From Parcubacteria group bacterium (GTDB taxonomy: Bacteria; Patescibacteriota; Minisyncoccia; UBA6257; UBA11618), in assembly GCA_943357895.1 (NCBI GenBank), contig CALRGO010000002.1:25926-89925 (forward strand): a stretch of 64,000 nt of DNA, written 5' to 3'. Below are positions 35,769-46,181 of the stretch, piece after piece; position 1 is the stretch's first letter, and every line of letters starts with the position of its first letter. Below the pieces are notes generated by a model, which saw only the letters and a list, made by a program, of their open reading frames with translations, was not told where the DNA came from and searched no databases. The position numbers and the translations under genes were made by a program.

Positions 35769-37790
35769 AGGAACTAGATAGCGAGTAAATCCAACGCTCA
35801 CTATAGTCAACGTTGCTGCCTGCGTCAGTACCAGGCCGCCCGTAAGGATATAGTCTTTGCGTTTGACTGCCGGCGCTATGCTACGGGGCATCATAAGATA
35901 CAGGACGGATGCGAAAAGAAATGCAATAAAAGGTATGGATATTGCGATCTCTACGGGATTAATGCCGAAGAACACCTCCGCTTTACTTATAAGGAGACGT
36001 CCATATGCCCGCGGCTCCTCCTGCATCCATTGGAAGGTGCGGGTTGCGCGGCCGTCGACGAACCGATACGCTATTTTTTCGACGAGGGGTGGGAGAGGCT
36101 GCTGTGGCACGAATGCCTCCGGAACGGGCGTGCCTATCATCAGGCTTGATGTGCCGCTTGATCGCAGAAAGAGCTCTGCTTTTCCTCCTACGGCAATATT
36201 TCTTATTACGAAAGGAGCGAGCATTAAGCTATAGCTAATCATAAAAATAACGGCAGGTAAAAGACTTTTTCGTTTTAGGCTTACGGCCATCCAGAGCAGA
36301 ATAACGGGTACGAAAAATTCCATATTGCTTCGCATGAGGACGAGTAATCCCGTAAGTACTCCCCCTACCCCGAAGAGGGCATATTTTTTTGAATTTACTG
36401 GTTGTTTTTCCGCCGAAAAAAGAGCGAGTACTGTTATTGCGGCTAATAATGCGCCTGCAGGATATAATTGTGTCGAATAATTCCGCATAAGCGGGTGAAA
36501 AAATACTCCTATGCCCGCCATGTAGAGAAACGGATTACGTGTCCCAGTTATTATTTGACCGATTTTTATTGTTATGAGTGCTGTTCCTATAAGCGCAATA
36601 CTTTGAATGAAAAATATGGGGAAAAGAGCCTCTCCTAAAATAAGGTGTGCGATGGCGAGAAGGTAGTAGTATAATATTTGCCAATAGTAAGAATCTTTTT
36701 CATATGTGGTCATCGCCCAGTCGCCTGTTGCGGCGATATGGCGTGCAAATGTTTCGTAGAGAACGGGATCATTCCCTGTTGGGAGTAGATTAAAATACCG
36801 CGACTCTGCCATAGCGAGGAGATTATATGTTGAAAAAGCAAGTCCTGCTAAAAATAAGACTGAAAATATAAAACGATCCGATCGTATCCATTCTCGCCAT
36901 GCTGCGCCGCGGGTTTTCATTATTAAATATGCTATTAAAAGCAGGAAAATAAGCATGATTCCACTTTCGTTTACTATCCCCCATATTCGATCTTCAGCAA
37001 GCCTTTTTTCAGTCGCGGGATGAGTATAGAAAAATCTTTCCGTAATTGCCGTTTCTTCACCCTCTGTCCACGCGAGGTAAATAAATCGGTTTGTTTTTGC
37101 CCCCGCATCGTAGCGTATCTCAAGTGGAATGGTGCCGCTTGAGCGTGAGGGAAGATGGATGGCGGCGGGGAGATTGCCTATGGGGGTGATAACCCTGTCT
37201 AGTATGACGGTAATTTTTGCGTCTTGATTAGCAGAGACTGTTATAGAGTCGTAAGTTGGAGGAACGCGTAGATTTGTTTTCCAAAGAGCTATAAACGGAA
37301 TAGCGGTCTTATCAATTTCTTTTCCGTTGCCGTTAAAGCGATCCTTTTCGTTCAGAAACCATAAAGGAAAAGGATCGGCGTGGAGTGAGTAGCCGGCGTT
37401 ATTAAAATTGATTTCTTGGTCAATCTTCGTAGTCAGGAACGCTGTCGGCGCGCCGTATTCCGTTGTCTCGGGGGCCTGATATTCGCTTATTACGCCATGG
37501 GCGGGTGAGAATAGTGTTGCGGCTATTTTTATGCCGATACAGAGCGTTATAGCGCACGCGAGTAGTGCGTATCGTTTGCCCCCATCTATTTTTGTGGTGG
37601 AAGAATTTTCTGGTAGGGCTACGAATAAGACAATAAATGCCGCGATAAGTAAGAGTTCATGAAGCGAGCCTAAGGGAATTCCGTTCACCCACGACCCAAC
37701 GCCGGGAATCGCGATGAACGTTAAAAACAGAAGCTCGCAAAAACGTTTGAGAATGAATGGGTTTTTGTTTATGCTGGATGGTGATGTCAT
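35673..37790 (-). CDS. Large polytopic GT-C (ArnT/PMT-like) protein with extracytoplasmic domain
   Basis: GNDPVLYETFARHIA, YYYLLA, PFVIRN, RYLVPLLP; about 12 hydrophobic segments. Confidence 0.75.
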   Translation of the reverse strand: MTSPSSINKNPFILKRFCELLFLTFIAIPGVGSWVNGIPLGSLHELLLIAAFIVLFVALPENSSTTKIDGGKRYALLACAITLCIGIKIAATLFSPAHGVISEYQAPETTEYGAPTAFLTTKIDQEINFNNAGYSLHADPFPLWFLNEKDRFNGNGKEIDKTAIPFIALWKTNLRVPPTYDSITVSANQDAKITVILDRVITPIGNLPAAIHLPSRSSGTIPLEIRYDAGAKTNRFIYLAWTEGEETAITERFFYTHPATEKRLAEDRIWGIVNESGIMLIFLLLIAYLIMKTRGAAWREWIRSDRFIFSVLFLAGLAFSTYNLLAMAESRYFNLLPTGNDPVLYETFARHIAATGDWAMTTYEKDSYYWQILYYYLLAIAHLILGEALFPIFFIQSIALIGTALITIKIGQIITGTRNPFLYMAGIGVFFHPLMRNYSTQLYPAGALLAAITVLALFSAEKQPVNSKKYALFGVGGVLTGLLVLMRSNMEFFVPVILLWMAVSLKRKSLLPAVIFMISYSLMLAPFVIRNIAVGGKAELFLRSSGTSSLMIGTPVPEAFVPQQPLPPLVEKIAYRFVDGRATRTFQWMQEEPRAYGRLLISKAEVFFGINPVEIAISIPFIAFLFASVLYLMMPRSIAPAVKRKDYILTGGLVLTQAATLTIVSVGFTRYLVPLLPFVLLMLIFFALGIYNVMRAAFQRLIEHR

Positions 37791-38644
37791 ATTTCGTTCT
37801 TACGAGGCCGGGTCAGTGGATTAAGAATATTCTCGTTTTTGCCCCCATTTTTTTTATAGGAAGGGCGGGAAATTATGAAGATATGCGCGCCGTCTTTTTT
37901 ACGTTTCTTGTATTTACCCTTTTTTCCGTTGCTGCTTATATCATTAATGATATCATCGATCGCGATGATGACGCACTCCATCCAGTAAAACGTTTTCGCC
38001 CGATAGCGAGCGGGGTTATATCCCCTGCTCGTGCGGCAGTTTTTGCTGCTGTTATTTTTTCTTGCGCTGTATGGATAATGATGCGTTTTATTCCTTCTAT
38101 CATGCATAGCATGGTAGCCTATGCCTTTTTAACAGCGTTTTACACCTTTTATTTAAAGCGAATTCCCCTTGTCGATATAGTTACGGTTACATCGTTTTAT
38201 TTGCTTCGTGTTGCGGCAGGAGGGTCTGCGATACATATCATTCCTTCACGTTGGCTTGTCGCATGCGTCATGTTTCTTGCCCTTTTTATCGTATTAGGTA
38301 AGCGTCGTGCGGAATGTGCGCATTCCGCCTCAGCTATTCGTCCCGCACTTACTTTATATGCATCTGAACCGTACGGTATGCGAGAGATGCTTGATCATCT
38401 TCTCCCCGTTGCCGCCGCAGCAACTATTTCATCGTACGGAGCATATACAATCCTTGCCGTTCATTCTGATCTCGCTGTATATTCGCTCTTTTTCGTTATA
38501 TTTGGCATATTCCGATATTTTTTTCTGATTTACCGTTCGGCATTCGCTGAATCTGCCGAAATAGCGCTTACTAAGGATATGCCATTGCTTTTTTCCGTTT
38601 GCGGTTGGGGTATTTTTATGTATATTGTCGTATATCATTTATGA
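37784..38644 (+). CDS. UbiA-family polyprenyl-phosphate phosphoribosyltransferase-like
   Basis: RPGQWIKNILVF, YIINDIIDRDDDALHPVKRFRPIASG, KRRAE. Confidence 0.88.
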   Translation: MSYFVLTRPGQWIKNILVFAPIFFIGRAGNYEDMRAVFFTFLVFTLFSVAAYIINDIIDRDDDALHPVKRFRPIASGVISPARAAVFAAVIFSCAVWIMMRFIPSIMHSMVAYAFLTAFYTFYLKRIPLVDIVTVTSFYLLRVAAGGSAIHIIPSRWLVACVMFLALFIVLGKRRAECAHSASAIRPALTLYASEPYGMREMLDHLLPVAAAATISSYGAYTILAVHSDLAVYSLFFVIFGIFRYFFLIYRSAFAESAEIALTKDMPLLFSVCGWGIFMYIVVYHL

Positions 38645-39351
38645 ATCATTTTGATTATATCGACGACTACGATGAGGAGATTCCCTTGCATTTGCGAGAT
38701 TATTTTATGGAGCGAAAAATAGGTTATATTCGCGCCCGTATCCTTGAAAACTACGGGAATGCATCATGTTCATTGCTCGATGCCGGTTGCGGTACTGGCT
38801 GGCACGTCGCCGCTCTTATCGACGCTGGTTATGATGTGACAGGAATCGACGCATCTGAGCGACAAATAGCCCATGCGCGGCTGACGCATCCGCAGTGTAA
38901 ATTTATTTGCAGTAGCATGCTCTCACTTCCTTTTCCCGACGGCTCCTTTGATGTTGTTTACGCGATAAATTCTTTACATCATCTTGATTCTCCTGCGGCG
39001 CAGAAAACCGCGTTAGGGGAATTACGTCGCGTAACGAAAACCGGGGGGATTATAATCGTGCATGAGATGAATACCCGTAATCCCCTTATTCGGTGGTATC
39101 TTAGATTTCTTTTCCCCCGCTTAAAATCAATTGATGCCGGAAATGAACAATGGATCCTTCCTTCGTATTGGGAGAAGCATTATCCAGAGGTCTGTGGACC
39201 CGTTTCTTATTTCACTTTTACGCCCGATTTCACTCCACGCTTACTTTTGCCTTTTTTTAGGATGGTAGACCGTTTCTTAGAGTCGACTTTATTGCGCTTT
39301 TGGTCTGCGCATTACGCTGTTACTTTGCGTTTTGAAAAAAATACTCTATGA
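38641..39351 (+). CDS. Class I SAM methyltransferase
   Basis: LLDAGCGTG, LPFPDGSFDVV, SLHHL. Confidence 0.88.
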   Translation: MNHFDYIDDYDEEIPLHLRDYFMERKIGYIRARILENYGNASCSLLDAGCGTGWHVAALIDAGYDVTGIDASERQIAHARLTHPQCKFICSSMLSLPFPDGSFDVVYAINSLHHLDSPAAQKTALGELRRVTKTGGIIIVHEMNTRNPLIRWYLRFLFPRLKSIDAGNEQWILPSYWEKHYPEVCGPVSYFTFTPDFTPRLLLPFFRMVDRFLESTLLRFWSAHYAVTLRFEKNTL

Positions 39352-40379
39352 AATATCTTGTTACTGGTGGCTCGGGTTTTCTCGGTATTAATCTTATCAG
39401 GCATCTTCTTGGGGAGGGCGCCGAAGTTCGCTCTTTTGATATCGCGGATTTTACGTATCCTGAGGCGGCATACGTGGATGCCGTTTTAGGCGACGTGCGG
39501 GATAGCGCGTCCGTTGCCCGCGCCATGCGCGGTGTTGATGCGGTAATACATTGCGCCGCGGCGCTTCCTTTGTATTCCGATTACGACATCGTATCTACTG
39601 ACGTCTCAGGAACGGAAAATATTCTTGCCGCGGCGGCGTCGGCGGGTGTCTCGCGTGTTGTGTATATATCCTCTACCGCCGTTTACGGAATTTTAAGCGC
39701 TTGCCTAGCGGATGAAGATACGCCGCTCGTCGGCGTTGGTCCGTACGGTAAAGCAAAGATTGACGCCGAGGCATTGTGCCTTTCGTACCGCAGGCGTGGC
39801 ATGTGCGTCCCTATCCTCCGTCCTAAATCATTCGTCGGTCCCGAGCGACTTGGTATATTCTCCTTGTTATACGAATGGGCGTTTTCAGGAAGGAATTTCC
39901 CCATCATCGGCAGTGGGCACAACCGGTACCAGCTTCTTGATGTCGCCGATTTATGCTCTTTTATTTCAACAGTATTGCATGCTGACGCCCGTATAGCAAA
40001 CGACACATTTAATGTCGGCGCGCGGGAATTTTCAACCGTACGTGAGGAATATCAAGCGGTGCTCGATCGCGCGGGGCACGGCAAGCGCGTTATTTCGTTT
40101 CCTGCCGGCCCCGCCATAGCTGCTTTGCGTATGCTTCACGCATGCCGTCTTTCGCCGGTCTATCCATGGGTTTACGAGACTGCAGGTAAGGATTCGTACG
40201 TTTCCATTGCGAAAGCCGAGCGGGAGCTGGGATATTCGCCGCTATATTCCAATATGGACGCACTATTGCGCAATTACGAGTGGTATATTGCTAACCGTCC
40301 GGCCTCCGGCGCGCGGGGTATATCCCACCGAACATCATGGAGGGGGGGCATGCTTGATTTTCTTAAATTATTTTTTTGA
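39348..40379 (+). CDS. NAD-dependent epimerase/dehydratase (extended SDR)
   Basis: TGGSGFLG, SSTAVYG, YGKAK. Confidence 0.9.
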   Translation: MKYLVTGGSGFLGINLIRHLLGEGAEVRSFDIADFTYPEAAYVDAVLGDVRDSASVARAMRGVDAVIHCAAALPLYSDYDIVSTDVSGTENILAAAASAGVSRVVYISSTAVYGILSACLADEDTPLVGVGPYGKAKIDAEALCLSYRRRGMCVPILRPKSFVGPERLGIFSLLYEWAFSGRNFPIIGSGHNRYQLLDVADLCSFISTVLHADARIANDTFNVGAREFSTVREEYQAVLDRAGHGKRVISFPAGPAIAALRMLHACRLSPVYPWVYETAGKDSYVSIAKAERELGYSPLYSNMDALLRNYEWYIANRPASGARGISHRTSWRGGMLDFLKLFF

Positions 40380-40831
40380 TGGCTAGTCCGCTTCATTATT
40401 TTTTCGAACTTGATCTTACGGCTTTCTCTCAAGACGTTTTTATTGTTGATGTTGAGGGTACAATTGCCCTACACGGGGCACATGCGGCGGATCCGGCTTC
40501 AGCTCGCAATATGGACGCCGTGCGTAAAGAAAAAAATATATTTCTTTGTTCGAATGCGCTTGATCAGTTGCGTATCGAGCGCATAGCCGCCGCTATCAAT
40601 GTCGGCTGCATCGCCTTATGGGGGGGGAAGCCGTGGGGGCGATTACCGGCCAGATTTCCGCGTAGTTCCGCTATAGTAGTTTTTGGCGATAAGTTCTTAA
40701 CCGACGGGTTATTCGCTTGGCGTATTGGTGCCCGTTTTATAAGAGTTCGCCGTCTTGTTTGCGGGAAGGAATCATTTCTAGAAAAGATATTTTTAAAAAT
40801 AGATGATTATCTCGCCTTATTTTTAAAATGA
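40379..40831 (+). CDS. HAD-superfamily phosphatase, YqeG-like
   Basis: DVEGT, CSN, KP, GDKFLTDG motifs. Confidence 0.7.
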   Translation: MASPLHYFFELDLTAFSQDVFIVDVEGTIALHGAHAADPASARNMDAVRKEKNIFLCSNALDQLRIERIAAAINVGCIALWGGKPWGRLPARFPRSSAIVVFGDKFLTDGLFAWRIGARFIRVRRLVCGKESFLEKIFLKIDDYLALFLK

Positions 40832-41928
40832 AAATTCTCATAGCAACGGGTATTTTTCCTCCTGATATTGGCGGGCCGGCGACCTATGTTCCTTTCGTTG
40901 CAGATGAGTTCGTCCGGCGCGGGCATTCGGTGCGGGTTGTGACGTACGGATCACGCCGCGCCGGCGGCTTATCGTATCCGGTTACGGGTGTTCCCCGCTT
41001 TCCGTTGCCGTTGCGGTATTTTTTGTTTTTTTTCGCGTGTGTCCGATACGGAGTTTTTGCTGATTGCATTTTTGCGCAGGACGCCTCGTCTTCGGGTGTA
41101 CCCGCGGCTTGCGCCTCCTTCATTTTACGGAAACGACTTATTGTGAAAATAGTGGGCGATTTTTCTTGGGAGTATGCTCGTAATGCGGAATTAGTGATGG
41201 ATGAAATTGATAATTTTCAAAAGAGATCTACGTATCCTTTTATCGTGCGGATGATCCGTTTTTGCCAAAAGGCCGTATGTCGCCGCGCCGCTTGCATAAC
41301 CGTACCAAGTCGTTATTTGAAGGGCATTGTTATGGGTTGGGGTGTTAATACGGAAAAAATAACCGTAATACCTAATGCGGTTATCGTTACCGCGCATCCG
41401 GTTTTGGCGGAGCGAGACCGCTTCATGGTTTTTACTGCGGGGCGTTTTGTCCCATGGAAGGGTTTTGATGGATTAATTCGCGCTTTCGCAAAAGCGCGAG
41501 ATGCGGCTCCGTCTGCGCGCCTCATGATTGCAGGAGACGGCCCGTGTCGGGAGAGTCTTGTTATGGTGGCTTCCGATGCAGGGGTTCTCGATGTAGTTTT
41601 ATTTTTAGGGCGCATATCCCCTTCGGAGATGGCTACGTGGTATTCCCGCGCCGGATGCTTCGCTCTTTTTTCTTCGTACGAAGGCCTTTCGCACGTCATT
41701 CTTGAGGCGTTGTCGTACGGGCTGCCTGTTATAGCGAGCGACGCAGGAGGAAATGCGGAGGCGGTTACTGACGGCATAAACGGCATAGTGGTTAAAAGCG
41801 GCGACGAAGAAGCTCTCGCGATGGCGTTGGTGAATTTTTTTAAGAATCCTATGTTTATTAAGAAGAATATAAGTTATTCGACCGCGGCGATGATCGATGA
41901 TATTTTAGGGGTATTACAGGGTTCATGA
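40828..41928 (+). CDS. GT4 glycosyltransferase
   Basis: FPPDIGGPATY, GRFVPWKG, SSYEGLSHVILEA. Confidence 0.92.
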   Translation: MKILIATGIFPPDIGGPATYVPFVADEFVRRGHSVRVVTYGSRRAGGLSYPVTGVPRFPLPLRYFLFFFACVRYGVFADCIFAQDASSSGVPAACASFILRKRLIVKIVGDFSWEYARNAELVMDEIDNFQKRSTYPFIVRMIRFCQKAVCRRAACITVPSRYLKGIVMGWGVNTEKITVIPNAVIVTAHPVLAERDRFMVFTAGRFVPWKGFDGLIRAFAKARDAAPSARLMIAGDGPCRESLVMVASDAGVLDVVLFLGRISPSEMATWYSRAGCFALFSSYEGLSHVILEALSYGLPVIASDAGGNAEAVTDGINGIVVKSGDEEALAMALVNFFKNPMFIKKNISYSTAAMIDDILGVLQGS

Positions 41929-43076
41929 AATTACTCATGTTTTCGCTCGACCGTATGATTTTAGAGGACGGCTCCGCCTCGCAGAAAAAAATAATCGAAT
42001 ATGTAGCGTTTGCCGAAGAAATCCATGTTATTCTTTTCTCTTTTCGTGGTGAATCATCCCACCTGATCCATCCGCGGGTTTTTATATATCCTACAAGTCA
42101 TTATTTCCGTTTTAATCCATGGTATTTTTTCCGCGCTTTTGCAATGGCACGTACTATTATCCGTGTGCGGAATTTTAGTCCTGAAAAGGACGTTATGACG
42201 GCGCAAGATGTATTCCCGACGGGGGTCGCGGCGTATGCCGTACGGAAGCTATTTGGTATACCTCTTCAGCTGCAGGTGCATATCGATTTTTTTAAGGCTC
42301 GTTTTAGGACTGAGTCACTCATGAACCGTTTATATTTTCTATGTGCGCGTTTTCTTTTACCACGTGCGGATGCGGTCCGTGTTGTTTCAGCTGAAATCAG
42401 GGAATATCTTGTTGATGTAATGGCAATTAAGCCTAAAAAAATAGCCCTACTTCCTGTATTTTGCGATATCCGTTTCATTGTAGATGCCGCACCCCGTTTT
42501 GATTTGCATAAAAAATATCCTGATCATTCTTTTTTGATAGTCGCTATCGCCCGTTTTGTTCCCCAGAAGAACCTCGAGCTTTGTATTCGCTCGATGGACT
42601 TAATCTTTGCGTCTCATAGGAATATAGGGCTTGTTCTTGTAGGAAGTGGGCCGGAGGAGCATCGATTGCGTTCTCTCTCGGCTGCGGGCAGTGCTCATAA
42701 AAATATATTCTTCGAGTCATGGACGGACACGGCTGTTTCGTACAATAAAGGTGCGGATGTTTTTCTATTTCCCTCATGGTATGAGGGTTGGGGGCTTGCC
42801 GTTATTGAGGCTATGGCATGCGGCGTGCCGGTTGTAGCGACTCCCGTCGGCTGCGTTCCCCTGCTGATTGAAAACGGAAAGAGCGGTTATATTATAGAAC
42901 ATGATGATGCGGCAGCGGTCGCGCAGCATATACGTTTTCTTTACGAAAATTGCGCTTCGCGTTTAGCTATGGGGGCCTTTGCTCGGGAGGCAGTTCTTAC
43001 CCGTTTGTCATATGATAAAACCGCATATTTTAAGGAGTATGCTCAGGCGCTCGCTATAGCATTTCATGGAGCATAA
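41925..43076 (+). CDS. GT4 glycosyltransferase
   Basis: ARFVPQKN, PSWYEGWGLAVIEAMACG. Confidence 0.92.
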   Translation: MKLLMFSLDRMILEDGSASQKKIIEYVAFAEEIHVILFSFRGESSHLIHPRVFIYPTSHYFRFNPWYFFRAFAMARTIIRVRNFSPEKDVMTAQDVFPTGVAAYAVRKLFGIPLQLQVHIDFFKARFRTESLMNRLYFLCARFLLPRADAVRVVSAEIREYLVDVMAIKPKKIALLPVFCDIRFIVDAAPRFDLHKKYPDHSFLIVAIARFVPQKNLELCIRSMDLIFASHRNIGLVLVGSGPEEHRLRSLSAAGSAHKNIFFESWTDTAVSYNKGADVFLFPSWYEGWGLAVIEAMACGVPVVATPVGCVPLLIENGKSGYIIEHDDAAAVAQHIRFLYENCASRLAMGAFAREAVLTRLSYDKTAYFKEYAQALAIAFHGA

Positions 43077-44127
43077 AAAAAAGATTCTGCTTTTCAATCT
43101 TGCCGTCGATGAGGACGACCCTATTTTGGCGTTCTCAGTTACGCTTATCGCGCGCCTTGCGCGCGAAGCGGAGTTAGTACATGTGATAACAGTTCGCGCA
43201 GGACGTTTTCGACTACCTTCGAACGTTACCGTGTGCTCCGTCGGGCGCGAGTCTGATAGAGGCAGGATTGCCAGTATCTTTTCTTTTTATGGGCATCTTT
43301 TACATGCTATAAAAAAGGAGCGCTTCGATATATGCTTCGCCCATATGAATCCTTTATTCGTCGCGCTTGCAGGCCCCGTCTGTTTTATTCAGCGCATCCG
43401 GATTGTGTTATGGTACGCACATCGCCATCAGGGAATTATCGCACGGATCGCTCACTTTTTTTCATGGCGCGTACTTACGACTAATCGGGGAGGCTACTCT
43501 TTATTTTCAGATAAGGTGGTAGCTACGGGGCATATGATCGATACAGATTTTTTTAAGCCCGTTATAGGGCTCAAAAAATCAGCCTCGCCGCTTTTTGTTT
43601 CCGTCGGCAGGGTTGCTCCTATTAAGGATTTGATGACGTTCATTCGCGCAGCGGGTATTTTGCGCGATAACGGACATCAGTTTCGATGCGTTTGCGTCGG
43701 CCCTGTATTGCCGCATGATGAGGTGTATTATTCGGCTCTGCAGGCTGAGGTCGCCCGACTTTCTCTTTCGGAATATTTTTCTTTTGCTGGATCCGTTATG
43801 CGTGAGAATCTACCTTTCGAATATGGGCGCGCCACTGCCCACGTAAATTTATGCCCGTATGGAGCGCTCGATAAAGCCGTCCTTGAGGCTATGGCATGCG
43901 GCGTGCCGAGCTTTTTCGCGAATGACGAATTCGTTTCGGTCGCCGGCCGTTTTTCGAGCGGGCTGTTTTTTAAATACGGCGATCCGCGCGATCTCGCCCG
44001 CCTTCTTGAGAAATTTCTCCTTTCGCTGGCTCAAGATAATTTAGTTCGGAATGAATTGCGTGCTATGGTCGTGCGACGACATAGTCTTAATTCTTTTGCG
44101 CATACATTCATGGAATTAATTACATGA
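43066..44127 (+). CDS. GT4 glycosyltransferase
   Basis: VGRVAPIK, GALDKAVLEAMACG. Confidence 0.88.
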   Translation: MEHKKKILLFNLAVDEDDPILAFSVTLIARLAREAELVHVITVRAGRFRLPSNVTVCSVGRESDRGRIASIFSFYGHLLHAIKKERFDICFAHMNPLFVALAGPVCFIQRIRIVLWYAHRHQGIIARIAHFFSWRVLTTNRGGYSLFSDKVVATGHMIDTDFFKPVIGLKKSASPLFVSVGRVAPIKDLMTFIRAAGILRDNGHQFRCVCVGPVLPHDEVYYSALQAEVARLSLSEYFSFAGSVMRENLPFEYGRATAHVNLCPYGALDKAVLEAMACGVPSFFANDEFVSVAGRFSSGLFFKYGDPRDLARLLEKFLLSLAQDNLVRNELRAMVVRRHSLNSFAHTFMELIT

Positions 44128-44774
44128 GAACGATAGTGGGTGAATTAGTTCGCGGCAAAGGATTATGGCGCGCCTTGTTGTACGAGGCAATCTTTTCTTC
44201 AGCGGTTGCTTTACGTGCGCCGATTATAGACATCGCCTCCGGAGGCAATCCCGGTTATTGGCGTATTTTAGGTTTAAAAAAAGCTGATATAACGACGATT
44301 GACGTTAATGCGTCCACCCACCCTTCTTTAGTCTATGATTTTTCTTCGTTTCGATTATCCTATCCCGATGCGTCTTTCGAGTCGGCATTTCTTATGAACT
44401 GCGTTTACATATTCTCCGACCCGCTTTCCGTTATGCGAGAAGTGCGCCGTATATTACGGTTGGGCGGTGTGGCACTTATGAGCTTTCCTCTTGTATTTCC
44501 TTATACTCCAGAGCCGCGCGATTTATACCGGTTTACCGAAGAGGGTGTTCGGTATCTATGTGCGGAATCAGGACTTGTTATTGTAGCTCTCATGCCACTT
44601 GGCGGAAGATGGGCATCTGCCGCATATCTTATAAGTCCTTTTTTGCGTCCGTATTTTATTTTCGCATTCCCCGTATATTTTATGACCGTTTTTCTTGATA
44701 TGGTATCCGCTTTTTTCCTTCCTCGTCTATCTTCCGCACCAATCGGTTATTTCGCCATCGTTAAAAAAATATGA
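44124..44774 (+). CDS. Class I SAM methyltransferase
   Basis: IIDIASG, EVRRILRLGG, PRDLYRFT. Confidence 0.8.
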   Translation: MRTIVGELVRGKGLWRALLYEAIFSSAVALRAPIIDIASGGNPGYWRILGLKKADITTIDVNASTHPSLVYDFSSFRLSYPDASFESAFLMNCVYIFSDPLSVMREVRRILRLGGVALMSFPLVFPYTPEPRDLYRFTEEGVRYLCAESGLVIVALMPLGGRWASAAYLISPFLRPYFIFAFPVYFMTVFLDMVSAFFLPRLSSAPIGYFAIVKKI

Positions 44775-45532
44775 TTGGATATTGGGCACGAGAATTACTT
44801 TACGGTGTCCTTCGGGTAACGTTATCGTTCAAGCGCGATACCAGTCTCTACGTGCTCATGTATCATTCTGTGGGCGGCGACGGACCCCTTTCGGTTTCTG
44901 TTGCAGAGTTTAATTGGCAGATGCGCTTTATATCCCTTAATTACGACGTTATTTCGCTTTCTAGCGCTCTTTCTGTATCTCGTCTCCCGCGCGTCCGTCC
45001 TGCTATATGTGTGACTTTTGACGACGGGCTCGCTGATCTATACGCAAATGCACTTCCTATTTTAGAGAGGTGGAGAATTCCAGCGACTTTTTTTATTACG
45101 ACGGGATATATCGGCGGCTTACACCCCGTTTTTTACGGGCATGAGCGATGTATGTCTGCCACAGAAATAAAAGATCTGCATTTTCGCGGCTACGAAATTG
45201 GCGCACATACCGTCAGTCATCCCAAGCTCGCCCGTATTGACGCGCATGCTGCGTACGGGGAGATTGCTGGTTCTAAGGCGGTGCTTGAATTGATAACTGG
45301 CGCTCGTGTCCGTTCTTTCGCTTATCCTAAAGGTAGCTATACTGAAGCAGTGGAAAAATTAGTTGAGTCCGCCGGTTTCGAGGTGGCGTGTGCGGTGCGT
45401 GAGGCTGCGTGCGATTCTCAAGGTGATCGTTTCGCCTTGCCGCGCATAGCCGTCGACGCCTCGATAGGACGAATGCAGTTTAAGGGGAAGATTTCTCCTG
45501 CTATATCTGTTTATGAATATATTAAAAAATAA
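44771..45532 (+). CDS. Polysaccharide deacetylase (CE4)
   Basis: LMYHSV, VTFDDG, GAHTVSHP, FAYPKG. Confidence 0.9.
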   Translation: MIGYWARELLYGVLRVTLSFKRDTSLYVLMYHSVGGDGPLSVSVAEFNWQMRFISLNYDVISLSSALSVSRLPRVRPAICVTFDDGLADLYANALPILERWRIPATFFITTGYIGGLHPVFYGHERCMSATEIKDLHFRGYEIGAHTVSHPKLARIDAHAAYGEIAGSKAVLELITGARVRSFAYPKGSYTEAVEKLVESAGFEVACAVREAACDSQGDRFALPRIAVDASIGRMQFKGKISPAISVYEYIKK

Positions 45533-45533
45533 T

Positions 45534-46181
45534 ATGCCAATAACTAGCGGAATTTTAGCGTTCGAGAACTCGCATTGGTCGCGCGGCGATCAGGAATTGG
45601 TTTTGCGACATACGCTTGCACTTCCTTTTATTTCCGCCGGACCCGTTCTTGATATTGGGGGTGGCGACGGCCTTTTTAGCTCTCTTATAAAAAAGAAAAC
45701 CGGATTTGATATCCGTCTTGTCGATATATCCCCCATTGCCGTTCAGAAGGCGCGAGAAAAAGGTCTTGACGCTGAAGTTCTCGACATATCCGCCGACTTG
45801 CCATTTCATGATAAGAGTTTTGGTACTGTTTGCGCTCTTGATGTATTAGAGCATGTTTATGATCCACTTTTTCTTTTGTGTGAAATGAAGAGGGTGGGTG
45901 GGTCGGTGGTTATATCCGTACCTAATTTCCATTTTATTTTAGGGAGAATAAGTATGGCTTTTGGCTATATACCTTTTCAATCGAAACCGCGCCGCGGGCA
46001 TATTTATTGGTTTAATTATCCTATTTTATTAAAAATAATTCGTGATGCCGGCATGCATATCGAATCTATTTCCTACGGACCGATTATGCGCTTAGGTGTG
46101 CTTGGCCGCGCACTCGCCAGCTTATGGCCAAACGTTTTTGCTGATAGCTTTGTAGTTTTATTAAAAGAAACTGGTGCATGA
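45534..46181 (+). CDS. Class I SAM methyltransferase
   Basis: VLDIGGGDG, DVLEHVYDP, ISVPNF. Confidence 0.85.
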   Translation: MPITSGILAFENSHWSRGDQELVLRHTLALPFISAGPVLDIGGGDGLFSSLIKKKTGFDIRLVDISPIAVQKAREKGLDAEVLDISADLPFHDKSFGTVCALDVLEHVYDPLFLLCEMKRVGGSVVISVPNFHFILGRISMAFGYIPFQSKPRRGHIYWFNYPILLKIIRDAGMHIESISYGPIMRLGVLGRALASLWPNVFADSFVVLLKETGA

